Source: Bacteroidota bacterium
GTDB taxonomy: Bacteria; Bacteroidota; Bacteroidia; Bacteroidales; WCHB1-69
Direction: 5' to 3'
Length of the DNA: 64,000 bases
Assembly: GCA_023413895.1 (NCBI GenBank)
Contig: JAEZOU010000014.1
Span: 8,066-72,065 of the forward strand
Shown piece by piece: positions 30,297-40,974 of this stretch (its first letter is position 1; every line of letters starts with the position of its first letter). Under the pieces are notes generated by a model. It was not told where the DNA came from and searched no databases. It saw only the letters and a list, made by a program, of their open reading frames with translations. The position numbers and the translations under genes were made by a program.

Positions 30297-30386
30297 CATT
30301 TTTTTTTATTCACTCAAACAAATTACATTAACAATTGTTATTGAAAAATTCATTCTTGATTTTTGTTGATATTCTGCGAAATTTTA

Positions 30387-30394
30387 TATCTTTG
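30387..30394 (+). promoter_or_regulatory. -7 box TAtcTTTG for the rsfS-ftsH operon
   Basis: Exact TAnnTTTG, 22 nt upstream of ATG 30417. Confidence 0.5.
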
Positions 30395-30416
30395 CGAGTT
30401 ATTTTAAATACTCTAT

Positions 30417-30797
30417 ATGATTAAACCAAAAAAAGTAAAAAAGAGCAATACCGTCTTTACCGGAAATTTAGAAGAACTTATTATTCAATCTCTTATAGAA
30501 AAAAAAGGAGAGAATATAGTTTGTATTGATTTAAAAAAAATGAATCATGTGCTGTTTGATTATTTTATCATCTGCACAGGAAATTCAAAAACTCATGTTG
30601 AAACTTTGAGTGATTTTACCCAGTTTAACGTTAAAAGTACCACTGGAGTTCATCCTGCTTATGTAGAAGGTAGAGCAAATGGAGAATGGATCCTCCTTGA
30701 TTATTTCAATATTATCGTCCATATTTTCCAACCCGAAACTCGCGAATTCTATAACATAGAGCAACTTTGGAGTGATGCTCCTATTCAAAAATTTTAA
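30417..30797 (+). CDS. rsfS: Ribosome silencing factor
   Basis: 126 aa. DYFIICTGNSKTHVETL and WILLDYFNIIVHIFQPETREFYNIEQLW (iojap/DUF143 signature). Confidence 0.88.
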   Translation: MIKPKKVKKSNTVFTGNLEELIIQSLIEKKGENIVCIDLKKMNHVLFDYFIICTGNSKTHVETLSDFTQFNVKSTTGVHPAYVEGRANGEWILLDYFNIIVHIFQPETREFYNIEQLWSDAPIQKF

Positions 30798-30802
30798 ATT
30801 CA

Positions 30803-32839
30803 ATGGCTTTAGAAAATAAAAAAAATAAAGGAGAAAAAATCCCTAACACCGAAAAGAAAAATCAGAAAAAATTCAATATTGCTTGGCTGTATATCGGCAT
30901 CACATTGATTTTCTTTCTTATTTATATGCAAACTGGTAGCAACAATTTTGCTGCGAAAGAGGTGTATAATACAAAAGTTAAAGAACTTGTAACCGATAAA
31001 GAGATTGACCACATGGAGTATGTCCGCAAAGATGATAGAGTGAATATCTTCATCAAAAGTGGTCTTATCAATAATGACGAAAAATATAAGGAATTTAAAG
31101 AGGGAAATAATATTAAAGGACCTCACTTCTTTATAAAAATTACAGACTACAAAGCTTTTGTTGACGATATTACTCGTTATCAAGATGAAGCAATTGCTAA
31201 TGCCATCCGTAAAGACTCAACTATAGTGGCTTCTAAACTTCGAGAGTCATACGATTTCGACATTAAACAAAATACTAGTCACCGCTGGGGTGGAGATTTC
31301 TTCTTTATCTCTTTTATGATTTTGATTACCATTTTCTTCATTATGCAGATTCGCGCATTTCGTGGAGGTGCTAACGGAGGTGGTATGTTCAGTATAGGAA
31401 AATCAAAAGCTCAACTCTTTGATAGTAAGAAACAACCAAGCGTATCTTTTAAAGATGTTGCAGGTCTTGAGGGCGCTAAATATGAAGTTGAAGAGATTGT
31501 AGATTTTCTGAAAAATCCGAAAAAATATACAACATTAGGAGGTAAAATTCCGAAAGGAGCTCTTTTAGTTGGCCCTCCAGGAACAGGAAAAACCTTGTTA
31601 GCAAAAGCTGTTGCTGGCGAAGCGCAAGTGCCTTTCTTTTCACTTTCTGGCTCCGATTTTGTAGAGATGTTTGTCGGAGTAGGTGCTTCACGCGTTCGCG
31701 ACCTTTTTAAAAACGCAAAAGAGAAAGCTCCTTGTATTATTTTTATTGACGAAATCGATGCTATAGGCCGCTCACGGGGCCGCAATTCTATTTCTGGTGC
31801 TAATGATGAAAGAGAAAACACGCTTAATCAGTTGCTTACAGAAATGGACGGCTTCTCAACTAACAACGGAATTATCGTTCTTGCAGCAACTAACCGCGCC
31901 GATGTTCTCGACCGTGCACTGCTCCGCGCAGGCCGATTCGACCGCCAAATTCATGTTGAACTTCCTAACTATAACGAAAGAAAAGGAATCTTTGAAGTTC
32001 ACGTCCGTAACTTGAAATTAGCAGAAGATGTTGATTTGGAATTCTTCTCTAAACAAACACCTGGCTTTTCTGGTGCAGATATCGCAAATGTATGTAACGA
32101 AGCCGCTTTAATCGCCGCTCGAAACGGAAAACAAAGTATCGAAAAAAGCGACTTCTTGGCGGCTATTGATAGAATTATTGGCGGCTTAGAAAAACGCGGA
32201 AATATTATCTCTCCAGACGAGAAAAAAACTATCGCTATCCACGAATCTGGACACGCAACCGTAAGCTGGATGTTAAAACACGCATCACCTCTAGTGAAAG
32301 TAACCATTGTACCTCGTGGAAAATCACTTGGCGCTGCTTGGTACTTGCCTGAAGAACGCCATATCACCACAACAGAACAACTAATGGACGAAATGGCGGC
32401 ACTTCTTGGTGGACGCGCAGCAGAGGAGGTGCTCCTCGGAAAAGTTTCTACAGGCGCACTTAATGACCTCGAACGCGCAACAAAACAAGCTTACGCAATG
32501 GTAGTATATTATGGCTTGAGCAAACTCGGTAACATCAGCTATTACGATTCATCTGGTGAACGTGAATACAACTTCTCAAAACCTTATAGCGAAAAAACTG
32601 CTGAAGAAATCGATAGAGAAGTTCATAACATTATTGATGAAGCTTACCAAACCGCAAAGAAAATCCTTTCCGAAAATAAAGATAAACTGACACAATTATC
32701 TAAACAACTTCAAGACAAAGAGGTTATCTTTACTGAAGATATGGAAAAAATCTATGGTAAAAGAACTTTTGAAACAGAAAACATTGAGCAACCTAAAGTG
32801 GATAAAAACACAGAAAACTCGGAAAATATTACAGCGTAA
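30803..32839 (+). CDS. ftsH: ATP-dependent zinc metalloprotease FtsH
   Basis: Two transmembrane segments, Walker [18 protein letters not shown], Walker [13 protein letters not shown] region, zinc site HESGHA. Confidence 0.96.
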   Translation: MALENKKNKGEKIPNTEKKNQKKFNIAWLYIGITLIFFLIYMQTGSNNFAAKEVYNTKVKELVTDKEIDHMEYVRKDDRVNIFIKSGLINNDEKYKEFKEGNNIKGPHFFIKITDYKAFVDDITRYQDEAIANAIRKDSTIVASKLRESYDFDIKQNTSHRWGGDFFFISFMILITIFFIMQIRAFRGGANGGGMFSIGKSKAQLFDSKKQPSVSFKDVAGLEGAKYEVEEIVDFLKNPKKYTTLGGKIPKGALLVGPPGTGKTLLAKAVAGEAQVPFFSLSGSDFVEMFVGVGASRVRDLFKNAKEKAPCIIFIDEIDAIGRSRGRNSISGANDERENTLNQLLTEMDGFSTNNGIIVLAATNRADVLDRALLRAGRFDRQIHVELPNYNERKGIFEVHVRNLKLAEDVDLEFFSKQTPGFSGADIANVCNEAALIAARNGKQSIEKSDFLAAIDRIIGGLEKRGNIISPDEKKTIAIHESGHATVSWMLKHASPLVKVTIVPRGKSLGAAWYLPEERHITTTEQLMDEMAALLGGRAAEEVLLGKVSTGALNDLERATKQAYAMVVYYGLSKLGNISYYDSSGEREYNFSKPYSEKTAEEIDREVHNIIDEAYQTAKKILSENKDKLTQLSKQLQDKEVIFTEDMEKIYGKRTFETENIEQPKVDKNTENSENITA

Positions 32840-32850
32840 AACCTATAGCT

Positions 32851-33504
32851 ATGAGCAGAAGTAATGCAGAATCACCAGACCATATCACAAATAAAGAGAC
32901 GATTAAGCGACAAATCCGTCATGCTCTTAATGAAAACAAAAATAGTTCTAACGAAAACCTTTCTCGTCTCTCCTTCTCTTATCTGAATTATTCTGATAAA
33001 GAGGAACTTAAAAACATATTTCTTAATAATTTTCGTGCTGCTGGCGGACTTTATATAGGGTGTACTGCTGAAGATTGCGAAGAGAAACTTGTTCGACTTC
33101 TCAAAGCTCAAAATCTACAAAACTTAATCGTAACAGGTCAAAAATTATCTGAAAAATTAAAAACACAAGGATTTCATATATATACATCAATTCCAAAAAA
33201 CTTTCCTCCCGATGCTGCCGTTGTAAATTCTCACATTTTAGTCGCTTCTAATGGAAGTATCCTATTTTCTCCCTCATTTTCTCACTACCCTACCATCAAA
33301 AATATCTCCAAAAACATCATCGTTATTGCAAAAGAAAAGTATATCTTACCAGATTTTAAAACTACTATTGAAATGATGGATATGAGAGAAGAACAGAAAG
33401 GAATAGCTTGGAATTTACTCGAGTTTATTAGACCGAACGCTGGTAATGATAATAAATTCTTGCCTGAAAACCCTCGTATTATTTTACTGCTAATTGCTGA
33501 ATAA
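32851..33504 (+). CDS. LUD-domain (LutC/YkgG-like) protein
   Basis: 217 aa. Its position between ftsH and cdsA, and the segment AAVVNSHILVASNGSILFS, fit my recollection of LUD-domain proteins. Weak call. Confidence 0.45.
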   Translation: MSRSNAESPDHITNKETIKRQIRHALNENKNSSNENLSRLSFSYLNYSDKEELKNIFLNNFRAAGGLYIGCTAEDCEEKLVRLLKAQNLQNLIVTGQKLSEKLKTQGFHIYTSIPKNFPPDAAVVNSHILVASNGSILFSPSFSHYPTIKNISKNIIVIAKEKYILPDFKTTIEMMDMREEQKGIAWNLLEFIRPNAGNDNKFLPENPRIILLLIAE

Positions 33505-33506
33505 AG

Positions 33507-34331
33507 ATGAAAAATTTCATAATACGTGCCTTAACAGGTATTGTTTATGCTGGAGTAATGATTGGAATGTTTTTCATTCCTCACTACCTTTTCCTCGTTC
33601 TACTTGCTCTTTTTACACTTATCGGTGGATATGAGTTTTTTAAAATTACTCACCATAAATTTGAAAACATCTCTACAACCCCATTTCTCCTCTTTGCCAT
33701 TTCCCTTTTCCTTGCATTTATTTTCATCCCAAAAGAGATTATTCCTATTACACTGATTCTACTTACTCTAACAATAATTATCTCTTTATCAATCAAGGTG
33801 TTTAAAGTTTCAAATAATCCCATTTTAGAAACTGCAATATCACTATTCCCAATTTTTTGGATTGCAATTCCTATGGGAATTTTATCCTTTTGGCATCTCA
33901 ACTTCGATTGCAAAACCACAATTTTATCTACACTTATTCTCATTTGGCTTAGTGATACTTTTGCCTATTGCGGAGGCTCACTCTTCGGAAAACACAAAAT
34001 GATTGAACGAATATCACCCAAAAAAACTTGGGAAGGTTTCGGAATCTCACTTATTCTAACTATTGCTACCGCAATTGGAATCAGCTTCATTCCATTTTTC
34101 CACGATGCAAATTTCTCTACAATAGGAAGATGGATTGGTTTTGCCATTGTTGTTAACCTAAGCGGAACTCTTGGAGATTTGGTAGAATCTATGGTAAAAC
34201 GAAACGTTAACGTAAAAGATAGTGGCAATTTCTTGCCTGGCCACGGTGGCTGGTTAGATCGTTTTGACTCAATCCTTTTTGCCATTCCATTAGGTTTTTT
34301 ATACTGGATTACCTTTTATCTTATCCATTAA
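33507..34331 (+). CDS. cdsA: Phosphatidate cytidylyltransferase
   Basis: Polytopic membrane protein with the C-terminal signature SMVKRNVNVKDSGNFLPGHGGWLDRFDS. Confidence 0.92.
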   Translation: MKNFIIRALTGIVYAGVMIGMFFIPHYLFLVLLALFTLIGGYEFFKITHHKFENISTTPFLLFAISLFLAFIFIPKEIIPITLILLTLTIIISLSIKVFKVSNNPILETAISLFPIFWIAIPMGILSFWHLNFDCKTTILSTLILIWLSDTFAYCGGSLFGKHKMIERISPKKTWEGFGISLILTIATAIGISFIPFFHDANFSTIGRWIGFAIVVNLSGTLGDLVESMVKRNVNVKDSGNFLPGHGGWLDRFDSILFAIPLGFLYWITFYLIH

Positions 34332-34540
34332 ATATAGATTTTTTTCATACAATAAAAAATTCTATTTTTTCTAATCTGAAATTGCATTTTTAAGAGAAAA
34401 AACTTCTATTTTAACGTGAAAATAGAGATAGATTTATACAAGAAATAGGATTCTATAGTCCTAATATTGTATATATTTTACTGAAAATCAGTTGTTTTAT
34501 AAAAAATAGAGCAAAATAGCATTTGTAATTAAAATTATTG

Positions 34541-34548
34541 TATTTTTG
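34541..34548 (+). promoter_or_regulatory. -7 box TAttTTTG for the tRNA
   Basis: Exact TAnnTTTG, ending 11 nt before tRNA position 1. Confidence 0.55.
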
Positions 34549-34559
34549 CAGGACAACAT

Positions 34560-34634
34560 TGCGGGGTAGAGCAGTGGCAGCTCGTCGGGCTCATAACCCG
34601 GAAGTCATAGGTTCGAATCCTATCCCCGCTACCA
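34560..34634 (+). tRNA. Initiator tRNA-Met (anticodon CAT), CCA encoded
   Basis: Hand-folded cloverleaf: D stem GAGC/GCTC, anticodon stem TCGGG/CCCGG with three consecutive G-C pairs next to the loop CTCATAA, T arm ATAGG-TTCGAAT-CCTAT, acceptor GCGGGG/CCCCGC. Close to E. coli tRNA-fMet. Positions 1:72 are unpaired (U-U). Confidence 0.9.
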
Positions 34635-34640
34635 AAATAA

Positions 34641-34670
34641 AAGGCGACTTTTCAGTCGCCTTTTTCTTTT
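34641..34670. terminator. Bidirectional rho-independent terminator between the tRNA (+) and nspC (-)
   Basis: AAGGCGACT-tttc-AGTCGCCTT, flanked by TTTTTCTTTT on the plus strand and TTTTATTTT on the minus strand. Confidence 0.75.
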
Positions 34671-34684
34671 TATCAATAGGACAA

Positions 34685-35848
34685 TTATCCTAATTTCGAT
34701 TTATAATCTTGAAAACTTCCAGGTTCTGAGAGCAAAAGAAACTCGCCATCACTCTTTACAACCCCAATAGCAGGATGCTTTACACCATTAAAAAATGTAG
34801 TTTTTACCATCGTATAGTGAATCATATCATCAAAAACAATTCTATCTCCAACCTCCAACGGTTCTTCAAAAGCAAAATCTCCCATTCCAATATAGTCTCC
34901 TGCCAAACAAGAACAACCACCTAAACGATATACAAACTTGCTGTTTTCGGTGGGTTCGTGCGCCGAAAGCACAGTGGGCTTATAAGGCATTTCCAAACAA
35001 TCTGGCAAGTGACAGGCAAAAGAAATATTCAACATCGCAATATTAATTCCCTTATTCTCAATAATATCCTCAACTGTAGAAACCAAAACTCCTGTTTGCC
35101 AACCTACAGCCTCACCTGGCTCGAGAATTACCTCTTCAATATTAGGGTAACGCTTACGGAAATTTTGAAGTAACTCAATAAGGTGTGCTACATCGTAATC
35201 TGCACGCGTAATGTGGTGTCCGCCACCAAAATTAACCCATTTACACTGCTTTATCCAAGGGGCAAAACGTGCCTCAAAATGCTGTAAACAACGTTCTAAA
35301 GCATAACTATCATTCTCACATAAAACATGAAAATGCAATCCCTCAATTTCAGGCGGAAGTTGCTCTGGCATCTGTTCGGCTAAAACTCCTAATCGAGAAC
35401 CTGGTAAAGCTGGATTGTAAAGATCGGTCTCTATTTCTGAATACTCAGGATTCACGCGCAAACCAAAACTTACACGTTTCTTATATTTATCCCTACGATT
35501 TTTATATTTTTCAAACTGCGACAAAGAATTGAAAGTAAGATGACTACTATAAAGCATCAAACTATCAATCTCCTCCTCCAAATAAACGGGTGCAAATGTA
35601 TGAGCCTCACAATTCATCTCCTCAACTATCAAGCGGGCTTCATTCAACGAACTTGCAGTAGCCCCAGAAAGATATGCTTTTACCATCGGAAATGAGTGCC
35701 AAAAAGCAAACCCTTTTAGCGCACAGATGATTGATACATCTGCTTCGCGCTGCACCAAATCTAACAACTGCAAATTAGCTTCCAATGCCTCTTCGTACAT
35801 TACAAAACAAGGAGAAGGAAGCGCCTCATATTGATTCATATTTACCAT
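34685..35848 (-). CDS. nspC: Carboxynorspermidine/carboxyspermidine decarboxylase
   Basis: 387 aa. PSPCFV start, LEPGEAV, GGCSCLAGD, TMVKTTFFNGVKHPAIG resemble NspC. Confidence 0.8.
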   Translation of the reverse strand: MVNMNQYEALPSPCFVMYEEALEANLQLLDLVQREADVSIICALKGFAFWHSFPMVKAYLSGATASSLNEARLIVEEMNCEAHTFAPVYLEEEIDSLMLYSSHLTFNSLSQFEKYKNRRDKYKKRVSFGLRVNPEYSEIETDLYNPALPGSRLGVLAEQMPEQLPPEIEGLHFHVLCENDSYALERCLQHFEARFAPWIKQCKWVNFGGGHHITRADYDVAHLIELLQNFRKRYPNIEEVILEPGEAVGWQTGVLVSTVEDIIENKGINIAMLNISFACHLPDCLEMPYKPTVLSAHEPTENSKFVYRLGGCSCLAGDYIGMGDFAFEEPLEVGDRIVFDDMIHYTMVKTTFFNGVKHPAIGVVKSDGEFLLLSEPGSFQDYKSKLG

Positions 35849-35857
35849 AATATCAAT

Positions 35858-36763
35858 TTAAAATGTCAACATTCTCTCTAAAGGAAGACGCGCCGCACTC
35901 ATTAGTGCTTCGTCCATTACTAGTTCTGGTTGCTCTGTTTGTAAAGCGTTATAAATATTCTCCAAACTATTATATTTCATATATTCACAATTCAAACAAT
36001 ATTGTTCTTGCTCTAAAATGGAGTAAAATTTCTTATCAGGATTTTGCTTCTGCAATTCATACAAAATTCCATTTTCGGTAACCATCAAAAACTCCTTGTC
36101 ATTACTTTCGCGCACAAAAGTAAGCATAGCAGCTGTAGAACCCACAAAATCAGCGTGTTGTAAAACCTCTTGCGGACATTCCGGATGCGCAATCGTAACA
36201 GATTGCGGATATTTTTGCTTATGCGACAACACTTTTTCTGCCTTCAATTGGTCGTGTACATGGCATGCTCCGTTCCACAAAACCATTTCTCGTCCCGTCA
36301 TCTTATTGATATAAGCACCTAAATTTTTATCTGGAGCAAAAACAATCTTTGCATCTTTAGGAAGTGAATTGACAACTCTTAAAGCGTTTCCCGAAGTTAC
36401 AATTATGTCTGACAACGCCTTCACTTTTGCCGAACAATTTACATAACTCAACACCGTATAATCAGGATAATTTTTTAAAAAAACCTCAAAATCTCCATCA
36501 GGACAACTATCTGCTAATGAACATTTTGCTGATAGATCAGGAATGAGAACCTTCTTAGTAGGATTAATAATTTTAGCTGTTTCTGCCATAAAATGAACAC
36601 CAGCAAAAAGTATAATGTCAGCATTCGTCGAAACGGCTTTCTGCGCCAACGCCAAACTATCTCCTATAAAATCTGCAATCGCTTGCACTTCTGGACGCGT
36701 ATAATAGTGTGCAAGGATTATCGCATTTTTCTCATTTTTTAATTTCTGAATTTTATCTTTCAT
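35858..36763 (-). CDS. nadA: Quinolinate synthase
   Basis: 301 aa. ILAHYY, VHFMAETAKI, HPECP and similar stretches fit the NadA pattern. Confidence 0.85.
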   Translation of the reverse strand: MKDKIQKLKNEKNAIILAHYYTRPEVQAIADFIGDSLALAQKAVSTNADIILFAGVHFMAETAKIINPTKKVLIPDLSAKCSLADSCPDGDFEVFLKNYPDYTVLSYVNCSAKVKALSDIIVTSGNALRVVNSLPKDAKIVFAPDKNLGAYINKMTGREMVLWNGACHVHDQLKAEKVLSHKQKYPQSVTIAHPECPQEVLQHADFVGSTAAMLTFVRESNDKEFLMVTENGILYELQKQNPDKKFYSILEQEQYCLNCEYMKYNSLENIYNALQTEQPELVMDEALMSAARLPLERMLTF

Positions 36764-36779
36764 ATTTTCATAAAATAAT

Positions 36780-37856
36780 TTACAAAATTACTCCTCCTCC
36801 AACAACACAATCTTCTTGATAGAAAACTACTGATTGGCCAGGTGTTACCCCCCAAACGGGTTCCTCAAAGGCAAGTTCTGCACAATCTCCACAAATAGCA
36901 ATTTTCGCTTTTGTTGCTGGACTTTTATAACGAATTCGTGCATAAATCCACGGATTTTTTTCCAATCTAACTTTATCTGGGAAAATACAATTTTCTGCTT
37001 TTAAGGTTAGCGATAGCAAATCTTCCCGTTCGCCAAGCATTACCGTATTATTTTCAGCTGAGATTTGCGTTACATATTTCGGTGTTCCAAAAGCCACTTT
37101 CAAACCTTTACGCTGACCAATAGTATAGAAAGGAAAGCCTTCGTGACGCCCCAACTTTTCACCTTCAGCATTGATATAATCTCCAGGAAAACATTTTGTG
37201 CTGAAATCGGGTATATTTTCCGATAAAAAACGGCGATAATCATTATCTGGAATAAAACAGATTTCCTGACTCTCTTTCTTCTTTGACAACTCTACAAAAC
37301 CATTCTCAGAAGCTATTTTTCGCACTTCCATTTTGGTTAAATTACCTAATGGAAAAAGAGTTCGTGCTAGCTCTTCTGTTTTCAATTTCCACAAAAAATA
37401 GGTTTGATCCTTAGCAGAATCTTCAGCTTTTGCCAAAAAATGAACTCCATTTTGATTTAGAATTCTTGCATAATGTCCTGTTGCAATATAATCACATCCC
37501 AATTCATCAGCTTTTTCCAACATCATGCCCCATTTTATTGAAGAATTGCAAACCACGCACGGATTGGGCGTACGCCCTTGCATATATTCGTTTATAAAAT
37601 CAGTTACAACATAATTCTGGAAAATTTGGCTAAAATCTAAAATATGATGCTCAATACCCAATTTTTTTGCCAAACTTGCTGCTTCTTCTATCACCTTAGA
37701 ACTACAACAGTTTTTTTCTGATTCACCATTTTTAGGAAGTGATTCAAACGTTTGAAAAGTTGCGCCAACCAATTCATAACCTTGATTTTTCAACAACAAA
37801 GCAGATACCGTGCTGTCAATTCCACCGCTCATCGCCATCAAAACTCGTTTTCTCAT
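36780..37856 (-). CDS. mnmA: tRNA 2-thiouridine(34) synthase
   Basis: PP-loop AMSGGIDSTVSA, NPCVVCN, ATGHYAR, DQTYFL. Confidence 0.92.
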   Translation of the reverse strand: MRKRVLMAMSGGIDSTVSALLLKNQGYELVGATFQTFESLPKNGESEKNCCSSKVIEEAASLAKKLGIEHHILDFSQIFQNYVVTDFINEYMQGRTPNPCVVCNSSIKWGMMLEKADELGCDYIATGHYARILNQNGVHFLAKAEDSAKDQTYFLWKLKTEELARTLFPLGNLTKMEVRKIASENGFVELSKKKESQEICFIPDNDYRRFLSENIPDFSTKCFPGDYINAEGEKLGRHEGFPFYTIGQRKGLKVAFGTPKYVTQISAENNTVMLGEREDLLSLTLKAENCIFPDKVRLEKNPWIYARIRYKSPATKAKIAICGDCAELAFEEPVWGVTPGQSVVFYQEDCVVGGGVIL

Positions 37857-37882
37857 TTGATCTATCTTTGGAATAAATGATT

Positions 37883-38923
37883 CTACTTTTTGTAATCTCC
37901 TCGTTCAATGGCTAACTCGTAACCTATTGTCTGCACTCTATTTTTAATATCGGAAAGAGATTCTGCGGCTTCATCTCCTGTACTTATCTTATTGTCGTAC
38001 AACATATATTTCTCTCGCACCTCCAATGGTGATAAATTAGGCATAATCACATTTGCTCCATGCAAGATTCCCGCTTCTCTGCCTTTCGAATTGATAGTTC
38101 CTAATGCCGTTGTTGCCGGTAATAATACTTTTGGACGAAGCAAACGAATAATGGACAGTAATCGCAACGTTTGTTCCATCGTGCCCGATTTTTCTTGTGC
38201 AAAAGGAGTATTCTGTTCTGGTATAAACGGTCCAATTCCTACCATTTCTGGCTGCAACTCTCTAATAAACTGTAAATCTTCATATAATGTTTCAATGGTT
38301 TGTCCTGGACTTCCTACCATAAAACCACAGCCTACCTGAAAGCCAATTTCTTTTAAATCGTACAAACATTTTTTACGTGCTGTGAGCGACATCTTCGCTG
38401 GATGTAAGATTGAATAATGGTACATATTTGCTGTTTCGTGGCGCAAAAGATAACGGTCTGCACCAGCATCACGAAATCGTTGATAGCTCTCACGGGAACG
38501 CTCTCCTATCGACAAGGTTACAGCACAATCAGGGTATTTTTCTTTGATTGATGATACTATCTCGCAAACATAATCATCTGTAAAAAACATATCTTCACCT
38601 CCCTGCAATACAAAAGTACGAAAACCTAACTCGTAACCTTGACAACAGCAAGCCAAAATTGTTTCTTTCTCTAACCGATAGCGATCTACGCATCGATTAC
38701 TTTTTCTAATTCCACAATAGTAGCAATCGTTCTTACAATAATTTGTAAATTCGATTAATCCTCTGATAAAAATCTTATTTCCATAAACGGATTGTGCAAT
38801 TTCTTGCGCAACTTTCCTCAATTTTTCTATCAAATCCCTATCATCTGTACTTAACAAATAATCAAGTTGTTGCAGTGAAATATTCTGAGTTTGAGTAATA
38901 TGTTCAATCAATTGTTCCATCAT
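37883..38923 (-). CDS. hydE: [FeFe]-hydrogenase H-cluster radical SAM maturase HydE
   Basis: Radical-SAM CKNDCYYCGIRKSN...RYRL. Long stretches match Thermotoga HydE as I remember it (AGADRYLLRHETAN, MVGIGPFIP, GANVIMPN). Confidence 0.75.
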   Translation of the reverse strand: MMEQLIEHITQTQNISLQQLDYLLSTDDRDLIEKLRKVAQEIAQSVYGNKIFIRGLIEFTNYCKNDCYYCGIRKSNRCVDRYRLEKETILACCCQGYELGFRTFVLQGGEDMFFTDDYVCEIVSSIKEKYPDCAVTLSIGERSRESYQRFRDAGADRYLLRHETANMYHYSILHPAKMSLTARKKCLYDLKEIGFQVGCGFMVGSPGQTIETLYEDLQFIRELQPEMVGIGPFIPEQNTPFAQEKSGTMEQTLRLLSIIRLLRPKVLLPATTALGTINSKGREAGILHGANVIMPNLSPLEVREKYMLYDNKISTGDEAAESLSDIKNRVQTIGYELAIERGDYKK

Positions 38924-38944
38924 GCTTAACTAACAGCGATCCCG

Positions 38945-40825
38945 TTAATAATGTTTTCTTATTAAATCAGCAATTCCTTTTTTATCCATTCCCAACTGGG
39001 CATATAATGAATCTGCCGAACCATGTTCAATAAATTTATCTGGAAGTGCAATTTTATATAGTTTGTTCTGTAGATGATTTTCCGAAAGATATTCTGAAAC
39101 TGCAGAATATAAACCTCCTAACTCTGTTCCATCTTCAACTGTGATTAAAGTATTATATTGTGATGAAATCTCTTTTAACATACTATAATCTAGAGGCTTT
39201 AGAAAACGCATATTGATATGTGCAGGCATAATATTCTCCTTCCTTAATGTTTCGAGGGCTTCTGCGACAAAATTTCCTAATGGACCCAACGAGAGTATAG
39301 CCATTTTCTCGCCTTTCTTCAATATTTGAGCTTTACCAATGGGAAGTTTTTCAAAAGGAACTTTCCAATTTTGCAACACGCCTCGCCCACGCGGATAACG
39401 AATAACAAAAGGCTTTTCTCGTTGACAATAGGCTGTATAAAGCATCTGACGCAACTCTATCTCATTCATAGGTGATGCAATAATAAGATTAGGAACTGCG
39501 CGCAAAAAGGCTAAATCGAATGCTCCGTGGTGCGTTGGCCCATCTTCTCCTACAATTCCAGCGCGATCAAGACAGATTACAACTGGTAAGTTTTGTAATG
39601 CAATATCGTGAATTACTTGGTCATATCCACGTTGAAAAAATGAGGAATAGATATTACAAAACGGAATATATCCGTTGATGGCTAATCCTGCTGAAAAGGT
39701 AACCGCATGCTGTTCTGCTATCCCAACATCAAAAACTCGCTCTGGAAACTCTTTGCGCATTATAGTCAAAGAACATCCTGTTGCCATTGCCGGTGTTATT
39801 CCTACAACCTTAACATCGCCACGTGCTAACTCCAATATTGTTTCACCAAAAACATCTTGATATTTAGAAGGTGAATCATTGTGTGAGGTATCTAAAATTG
39901 TTCCTGTTTCAGGGTCAAATTTGCCTGGTGCATGGAATTTTACCTGATTGGCTTCAGCATATTCTAATCCTTTTCCTTTTACTGTAATAATATGTAACAA
40001 TCGTGGCCCTTTGATATTTTTAAGATTGGATAAAATTTTAACCAAGGAAATTACATCATGACCATCAGTAGGACCAAAATATCGAAATCCCAACTGATTG
40101 AACATATTACTCTGATTACTGATTCCTCCTTTTATAGAATTTACCCAATTTCGTATCATACGGGTAAAAGCATTTGATTTTTGCGTATTTAGGGTGAAAA
40201 AATTCCACAGTTTCTCCTTAAACTGATTATATTTGTATGATGACGTAATTCGCAACAACTGCTGGCTCATTGCACCCACACTCTCATCTATAGATATTTT
40301 GTTGTCATTTAGAATTACTAAAAGATTCTCTTTTGAATCTCCAGCTTGATTTAGTGCTTCAAAAGCCATTCCACCCCCCATTGCTCCATCTCCAATTACA
40401 GCAATGTGATTAACTTCCGTATTGCCGGCTAAACGATCCGCAACTGCCATTCCTAATGCAGCAGAAATCGAGGTAGAGGAATGCCCTGTTCCAAAAGCAT
40501 CATACTTACTCTCTGCTATTCGCGGAAAACCACTGATTCCTCCTAGCTTCCTATTCGTTGAAAAACGATCTTTTCGCCCTGTAAGAATTTTATGCCCATA
40601 CGCCTGATGACCTACATCCCAAACTAATTTATCATTAGGGGTGTTAAAAACGTAATGAATTGCAACCGTTAACTCAATAGTACCTAAACTCGCTCCTAAA
40701 TGCCCTGGATTTTTTGCCGTTTGTTCAATAATAAAAGCCCTTAGCTCTCGACATAATTGCGGCAACTCTTCCAACGAAAGTTTTTTTATATCTGCAGGAA
40801 AATTTATATTCGCTAATAAATTCAT
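38945..40825 (-). CDS. dxs: 1-deoxy-D-xylulose-5-phosphate synthase
   Basis: GHLGASLG, GHSSTSISAALGMA, TPP motif IGDGAMGGGMAFEALN, GEDGPTHHG. Confidence 0.95.
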   Translation of the reverse strand: MNLLANINFPADIKKLSLEELPQLCRELRAFIIEQTAKNPGHLGASLGTIELTVAIHYVFNTPNDKLVWDVGHQAYGHKILTGRKDRFSTNRKLGGISGFPRIAESKYDAFGTGHSSTSISAALGMAVADRLAGNTEVNHIAVIGDGAMGGGMAFEALNQAGDSKENLLVILNDNKISIDESVGAMSQQLLRITSSYKYNQFKEKLWNFFTLNTQKSNAFTRMIRNWVNSIKGGISNQSNMFNQLGFRYFGPTDGHDVISLVKILSNLKNIKGPRLLHIITVKGKGLEYAEANQVKFHAPGKFDPETGTILDTSHNDSPSKYQDVFGETILELARGDVKVVGITPAMATGCSLTIMRKEFPERVFDVGIAEQHAVTFSAGLAINGYIPFCNIYSSFFQRGYDQVIHDIALQNLPVVICLDRAGIVGEDGPTHHGAFDLAFLRAVPNLIIASPMNEIELRQMLYTAYCQREKPFVIRYPRGRGVLQNWKVPFEKLPIGKAQILKKGEKMAILSLGPLGNFVAEALETLRKENIMPAHINMRFLKPLDYSMLKEISSQYNTLITVEDGTELGGLYSAVSEYLSENHLQNKLYKIALPDKFIEHGSADSLYAQLGMDKKGIADLIRKHY

Positions 40826-40879
40826 ACACTTTTATACGCTCTCCTAAGTAAGGATTTCGCTTAATCATTATTTATGTTG

Positions 40880-40887
40880 CAAAATTA
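40880..40887 (-). promoter_or_regulatory. -7 box (TAatTTTG on the minus strand) for dxs
   Basis: The plus strand reads CAAAATTA. It lies 55 nt upstream of ATG 40825. Confidence 0.45.
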
Positions 40888-40974
40888 ATAAAAAAACGAC
40901 TTTTAATCGATAAAATTTTATACAGAAAAGCTTTTTCTTTTTATCTAACAACACTTCAATTATCTATTCCAAAT

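Noticed and set aside
31411-32370. Antisense ORFs of 71-136 aa inside ftsH, and similar antisense or alternative-frame ORFs inside gcvP, sufB, dxs, the giant gene and others
   Set aside because: All lie within strongly supported conserved genes. Their translations are low-complexity and they have no promoter boxes. They are ordinary shadow ORFs.
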